Positions 58,038-61,583 of a stretch of DNA of 61,583 bases are shown here, in pieces (position 1 is the stretch's first letter; the number at the start of each line of letters is the position of its first letter). The DNA is from a virus (taxonomy: Duplodnaviria; Caudoviricetes): positions 1 through 61,583 of the IMG/VR virus record IMGVR_UViG_3300025085_000018; one strand, written 5' to 3'. Position numbers and translations under genes: made by a program. Below the pieces are notes generated by a model. It saw nothing but the letters and a program-made list of their open reading frames with translations. It was not told the origin of the DNA and ran no database searches.

Positions 58038-58503
58038 GTGGTCTAAATTTAAATTCTTCGTTTTTATTAGCTACTGTATACTTATCTTGTTCATAATAAT
58101 TCCAATAAGCTGTTACGCTACAATCTGGAACTTTGTGATGGTCTGGCATACATTGAGGAGGTTCTGTAAAAGTACTGTCCGGTATTGCTGGTGGTAATTG
58201 TTTTAAAACGTTTTTGCATTTAATAATTGTTAAGTGTGTTTTGTTATATCTTTTAGTATATTCCTTACCTAGTGCAATCATGTGATCGTATAACCACATG
58301 TATTGACTAGAGTTTTGCCTACACCATATGGTAGACGGATGATTGTAATGTGCTTTTTTATAAGGTACATTATCTCCGTTACCATAATGATGATGAGCTG
58401 TACAGAGCATTTGAGCTGATTCTAGTATCATTTTAACTTTATGTTTATCATAGAAATAGCTTGCAGCTTTTGCAGGATCTTTATGTAAATAAAATATATT
58501 CAT
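57985..58503 (-). CDS. Pyrimidine-dimer DNA glycosylase-like protein
   Basis: MNIFYL...DKH.VKMILESAQML.T, HYNHP..IW, EY..RY.K.H, PQCMPD. Confidence 0.8.
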   Translation of the reverse strand: MNIFYLHKDPAKAASYFYDKHKVKMILESAQMLCTAHHHYGNGDNVPYKKAHYNHPSTIWCRQNSSQYMWLYDHMIALGKEYTKRYNKTHLTIIKCKNVLKQLPPAIPDSTFTEPPQCMPDHHKVPDCSVTAYWNYYEQDKYTVANKNEEFKFRPHEIIYAIHDGSSNHIPC

Positions 58504-58610
58504 TAGTATCTTCGTTTGCTTGTTCTGTTATAATGTGCATCTAATAATAAGTGTACTACCTCTTCGCTTATCATATTGTCATTGTATAGTTGGTATATTA
58601 ACTTACTCAT
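58503..58610 (-). CDS. Small hypothetical protein (35 aa)
   Basis: MSKLIYQLYNDNMISEEVVHLLLDAHYNR...; overlaps both neighbours. Confidence 0.55.
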   Translation of the reverse strand: MSKLIYQLYNDNMISEEVVHLLLDAHYNRTSKRRY

Positions 58611-59445
58611 AATTACGTATAGCTTTAAATTGTGGATGTCTGTAACTACCTGCTGGAGTACGTTCGAAATATGTAAACGTAGCTGTTTTGCCTATATAGT
58701 CATGAATATTATTTAGTATATTGGTTAACATACTATAGTCATAGCCCTTACCTGGAGGACAACCGAACTCTATGCCTTCATCATCAATCATTAAGAACTT
58801 ACCTAACGTGCCTGTACGCTTACCTTTACCTGGCACATAGCCTACAATAGTAGCCTCTGTGTCATGAAAGTCTTTGAACTTTTGTAAATTGTAAGAACGC
58901 TTACGTTGATAAGGCTCATCTAGACGTAGTATAGAACCTTCGTAACCATCTTTTAAATTGGTTTCATGTAATTCTTTAGCGCCTTTGTAAGAATATACGA
59001 GCTTAGTAGGTACGTATTTTACACAATAAGAATAAAAATCACTACAAACAAGGTTGTTCATACGTGAGCTGTAGTTTTCTTGTGTATTAGCATAGTCGTA
59101 GCAATGAAATTGTACTAGTTTAGCAGCCTCAGATCTGTCTAGATCAGTTGGTTTAGTTTTTCTGACTAATGATATAATCTTATTGAAATCGTCTCTTAGA
59201 TCATGATTATACAATTCACCGTCTAGTATCATGTCTGGATTTAAGTCAAATGAAGGTTTTAAATCTTCTAGTATGTGAGCTATATTTAGCCACGGTTTAC
59301 CTGTACGAGAGTATGCATATACTTCACCTTTGTCATTTAACTGAATTATACAGCGAACGCCGTCTAATTTTGGTTGCATAAATACTTTCTCGGACCAGTC
59401 GATTGGTTTTTTGTCGACTTTGTATGCGAGCATTGGTTTTATCAT
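58603..59445 (-). CDS. ATP-dependent DNA ligase
   Basis: KPMLA, QPKLDGVR, LDGELY, EGSILR, LQKFK, YRHP. Confidence 0.95.
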   Translation of the reverse strand: MIKPMLAYKVDKKPIDWSEKVFMQPKLDGVRCIIQLNDKGEVYAYSRTGKPWLNIAHILEDLKPSFDLNPDMILDGELYNHDLRDDFNKIISLVRKTKPTDLDRSEAAKLVQFHCYDYANTQENYSSRMNNLVCSDFYSYCVKYVPTKLVYSYKGAKELHETNLKDGYEGSILRLDEPYQRKRSYNLQKFKDFHDTEATIVGYVPGKGKRTGTLGKFLMIDDEGIEFGCPPGKGYDYSMLTNILNNIHDYIGKTATFTYFERTPAGSYRHPQFKAIRNYE

Positions 59446-59446
59446 A

Positions 59447-59689
59447 TTATTTAAATTTATTTAGTTTATTTTCTATTACTGCTATTCTGTTTTTAATTCT
59501 TTCACACTGACTATAGTTTTCTTTTTTTAGATTATAATCTAATTCTGTCATAGCTTGTGCTAATTGAGTTAATAATAACTGTTCTTCTGTTTCTTCATCT
59601 TCTAAAGATACTAATTCACTTTGAATTATACCTTCTAGCACTAATTCAGAAACTTTTTGTGCTATTTTGTTAATTTCATCATCTGTCAT
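59447..59689 (-). CDS. Small protein with UVR (UvrB/C-like) coiled-coil motif
   Basis: L...LKKENYSQCERIKNRI; start moved to MTDDEI at 59689, just downstream of a promoter-like motif. Confidence 0.55.
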   Translation of the reverse strand: MTDDEINKIAQKVSELVLEGIIQSELVSLEDEETEEQLLLTQLAQAMTELDYNLKKENYSQCERIKNRIAVIENKLNKFK

Positions 59690-59692
59690 ATA

Positions 59693-59727
59693 TATATTAT
59701 CTAATTTTATCTGTATTTTGTTTGTAA
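59693..59727 (-). promoter_or_regulatory. Candidate early/middle promoter TTACAAAC-WAAATACA-N10-GATAATATA (copy 1)
   Basis: Same bipartite motif with identical spacing at 61190-61224. Confidence 0.65.
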
Positions 59728-60167
59728 AAATTCCAATCAGTGTAATCCATGTTGTTATCATACTTTTCTATAACTTTATCTACAGGTAAAACAAAAACGT
59801 TTACTTGTTTATAATTGTTATAGCAACTTATCCATACATCAGGCTTACCTGTCCATAGTATATAAGTGTAATGATGATCAATACTTTTTACACTAGGATA
59901 TAAATATTGACTATTGTAATGAAAATCTTTAACTAAGTGTGATGCTATTCGTGATCCATCACCAAAGTTAGTAAATCCTTGATCTTGCTGCATATGCTTT
60001 ACCCAATTAGCTAACTGTACACCCTGCCATTGAGGGTAACCGTCGTGATGTAAATACATATTTACATAGCTTTTGTCACGTAATAAAGCTGGTTCGCATG
60101 CAAAACCTAGTTCGTTGTGTTCAGCATCTGACCTGTCTACAACCATTGTTAAGTTTCTTGTACTCAT
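59697..60167 (-). CDS. Hypothetical early protein
   Basis: MSTR...YLHHDGYP...G..L motif common in phage early regions. Confidence 0.75.
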   Translation of the reverse strand: MSTRNLTMVVDRSDAEHNELGFACEPALLRDKSYVNMYLHHDGYPQWQGVQLANWVKHMQQDQGFTNFGDGSRIASHLVKDFHYNSQYLYPSVKSIDHHYTYILWTGKPDVWISCYNNYKQVNVFVLPVDKVIEKYDNNMDYTDWNFYKQNTDKIR

Positions 60168-60187
60168 TGTTTATTATTTAATATTAG

Positions 60188-60261
60188 GTGCGCAGGGAGG
60201 ATTCGAACCTCCGACCTCGAGTTTATGAGACTCGCGAGCTAACCATCTGCTCTACCGCGCA
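60188..60261 (-). tRNA. tRNA with CAT anticodon (Met-type, atypical)
   Basis: TGCGCGG TA GAGC AGATGGTTA GCTC G CGAGT CT-CAT-AA ACTCG AGGTC GGAGG TTCGAAT CCTCC CTGCGCA C; full cloverleaf, CCA not encoded. Confidence 0.93.
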
Positions 60262-60266
60262 ATTAC

Positions 60267-60728
60267 TTATAATTTTTGTTCTACGTAACCTTCGTCAATA
60301 AGAACGTCTATTATTTCTTGTTCTTGTATCTCACAAATACTTTGATATATTTCACTAAACATATCGCTTAGCCAATATTCATCTGTGAAATCACTAGCTA
60401 CGTATATTTCTTCGCAACTACCATCTCTTATAGCACTTTCTAATTCTGTTGATAAACCACCGTCATAGTAGTGCACATGTTCGTTTACACATATGTTTCT
60501 ATCGTCATATGTAGCTATAAAAACTTCATAACCATCTGCTGTTGTTTCAGGATATACATAGTAATCTGCATTACTAGTATAATCATCGTGCATAATAACG
60601 TCATAGTATTTTAATACTGTTGATTTTATAAAATCTTCATCGCTTATTCTATCGTCGTCTGACGTAGGAAAGCCTAGTTTTATCATTTTTGATTCAACTA
60701 TCTCGTCTGTAATAATTTTTTTACTCAT
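60267..60728 (-). CDS. Highly acidic hypothetical protein
   Basis: 153 aa, very Asp/Glu-rich. Confidence 0.75.
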   Translation of the reverse strand: MSKKIITDEIVESKMIKLGFPTSDDDRISDEDFIKSTVLKYYDVIMHDDYTSNADYYVYPETTADGYEVFIATYDDRNICVNEHVHYYDGGLSTELESAIRDGSCEEIYVASDFTDEYWLSDMFSEIYQSICEIQEQEIIDVLIDEGYVEQKL

Positions 60729-60939
60729 TTAATTCTATTAATTTTGCAATATGACTCCATACTTGCAGTTCTACTTTAGTGCCTCTGTATACACTCCTTA
60801 ATTCTTCTATAGTTATACCACCTGTGAGTCCGTTTTTTAAGTCGTCTTTAAGCTTATCAATCTCAATTTTAAGCATTGTGATTTTAGCAAAAGCTTTTCT
60901 TGACGCTCTTTGTGATATTTCGTAGTTTGAAACTCTCAT
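60721..60939 (-). CDS. Hypothetical protein
   Basis: Coupled ORF in the early operon. Confidence 0.65.
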   Translation of the reverse strand: MRVSNYEISQRASRKAFAKITMLKIEIDKLKDDLKNGLTGGITIEELRSVYRGTKVELQVWSHIAKLIELNE

Positions 60940-61172
60940 TACTTTACGATTTTGTTACCATACATAAAGCTTAAATTGTCTAGTTTCCAAGAATCTAGAT
61001 CACCATATGTCAATAGATCTCTAACCTCGTCAATTGTTAGTTCTGACCACATTAACTTTGACATTAACGTGTACTTTAATCTTTTAGCTGAGCTGTATTT
61101 TCTTGCGCTAGCTTGTAAACTTGTTTTAACGTCGGGCAATAGATTGTCGTAGACGGTTTTCATTTTTGTCAT
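60939..61172 (-). CDS. Hypothetical protein
   Basis: First ORF downstream of the promoter-like motif at 61190-61224. Confidence 0.65.
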   Translation of the reverse strand: MTKMKTVYDNLLPDVKTSLQASARKYSSAKRLKYTLMSKLMWSELTIDEVRDLLTYGDLDSWKLDNLSFMYGNKIVK

Positions 61173-61189
61173 ATTTATTATTATTTAGT

Positions 61190-61224
61190 TATATTATCAA
61201 AATACATTTGTATTTAGTTTGTAA
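61190..61224 (-). promoter_or_regulatory. Candidate early/middle promoter (copy 2)
   Basis: TTACAAACTAAATACA-AATGTATTTT-GATAATATA, ending 17 nt upstream of ATG 61172. Confidence 0.65.
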
Positions 61225-61229
61225 TAAGT

Positions 61230-61308
61230 TACCGGCTGTCACTACGACTGGCTTTGTACAATTGATACCTCGAAGAAGCCGAGACGTCGATTTACTGTTA
61301 GGCCGGTA
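61230..61308 (-). ncRNA. Putative structured ncRNA A (79 nt, bulged rod)
   Basis: Nested stems TACCGGC/GCCGGTA, CGAC/GTCG, GGCTT/AAGCC, GTAT/GTAC. Confidence 0.55.
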
Positions 61309-61316
61309 TTATATTA

Positions 61317-61404
61317 AGAGAGATGTGCCCACGAAGTACTTCGCTTACGTAAATCCGCCGTGTTTGTTTGGACAAGTATATCTCTGCATATCTGCCATCT
61401 CTCT
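61317..61404 (-). ncRNA. Putative structured ncRNA B (88 nt)
   Basis: 9-bp closing stem AGAGAGATG/CATCTCTCT, inner TGTCCA/TGGGCA and CGAA-GTAC-TTCG hairpin. Confidence 0.5.
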
Positions 61405-61409
61405 GTTAG

Positions 61410-61488
61410 TGGAAGTGGGCGGAATCGAACCGCCGTTTAAGTTAGTGTGACTTTCGCCTCCTATTTCTTAGCTTACCTTATCACTCCC
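61410..61488 (-). ncRNA. tmRNA-like RNA reduced to the tRNA-like domain (element C, 79 nt)
   Basis: Acceptor GGGAGTG/CACTTCC + A73 with G3-U70; stemless D-loop; helix 2 capped by GAAA; 3-nt linker AAC; T-arm GGCGG-TTCGATT-CCGCC. Confidence 0.75.
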
Positions 61489-61491
61489 TTT

Positions 61492-61569
61492 TCGAGGCAC
61501 CAGTCGCGGACCGGTACTAACTAGTATTATGCTTTATCCGCGCTTTTGACCAGTATGCCGCCGCCTCGA
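61492..61569 (-). ncRNA. Putative structured ncRNA D (78 nt, bulged rod)
   Basis: Nested stems TCGAGGC/GCCTCGA, ACTGGTC/GACTGGT, GCGGA/TCCGC, TACT/AGTA. Confidence 0.6.
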
Positions 61570-61583
61570 TTGCTAGCTATTCA

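Noticed and set aside
61166-61450. 94-aa + strand ORF over the RNA cluster
   Set aside because: Opposite to the local gene direction; its end (VEVGGIEPP) is the typical antisense translation of a T-arm and acceptor stem.
61410-61488. Ordinary tRNA-Ala or degenerate tRNA pseudogene
   Set aside because: No D-stem or 7-nt anticodon loop, yet the acceptor stem, T-arm and a GNRA-capped helix are intact, which fits the tmRNA tRNA-like domain rather than decay.
61230-61569. Known self-cleaving ribozymes (twister-like CTGGTCAAAAGCGCGG in D; HDV/theta-like next to tRNA-like units; hammerhead)
   Set aside because: By eye the required partner motifs are missing (twister UAA/P2 and GAG strand, HDV P1.1 and J4/2, hammerhead CUGANGA). 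A covariance search is still advisable.

Overview
AT-rich fragment of a lytic, podovirus-type (crAss-like architecture) phage, most likely infecting a marine Bacteroidota/Flavobacteriia host. Host evidence: SD-less A-rich start contexts, a Q-rule signal peptide, a Bacteroidota-type SSB and a Fib_succ-type domain. The window has two convergent arms that meet at a terminator near 47.1 kb. The + arm (1-47042) carries two modular tail fibres, GroEL/GroES, small unknown genes, a tandem GroES-like protein, terminase, portal, scaffold, major capsid protein, tail proteins, ejection proteins including a 3027-aa multidomain protein, and an amidase. The - arm (47138-61583) carries NrdA/NrdB, two MazG-like NTP pyrophosphatases, a T4 gp42-like dCMP hydroxymethylase (suggesting modified cytosine), primase-helicase, SSB, a RecE/ERF recombination pair, a sigma factor, a UV glycosylase, DNA ligase and an atypical tRNA(CAT). 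The most unusual signal is at the right end: four back-to-back ~80-nt structured non-coding elements on the - strand. One of them looks like a tmRNA reduced to its tRNA-like domain (G3-U70, T-arm, helix 2 capped by GAAA, no tag reading frame). All calls come from motif recognition by eye; no database searches or folding programs were run.
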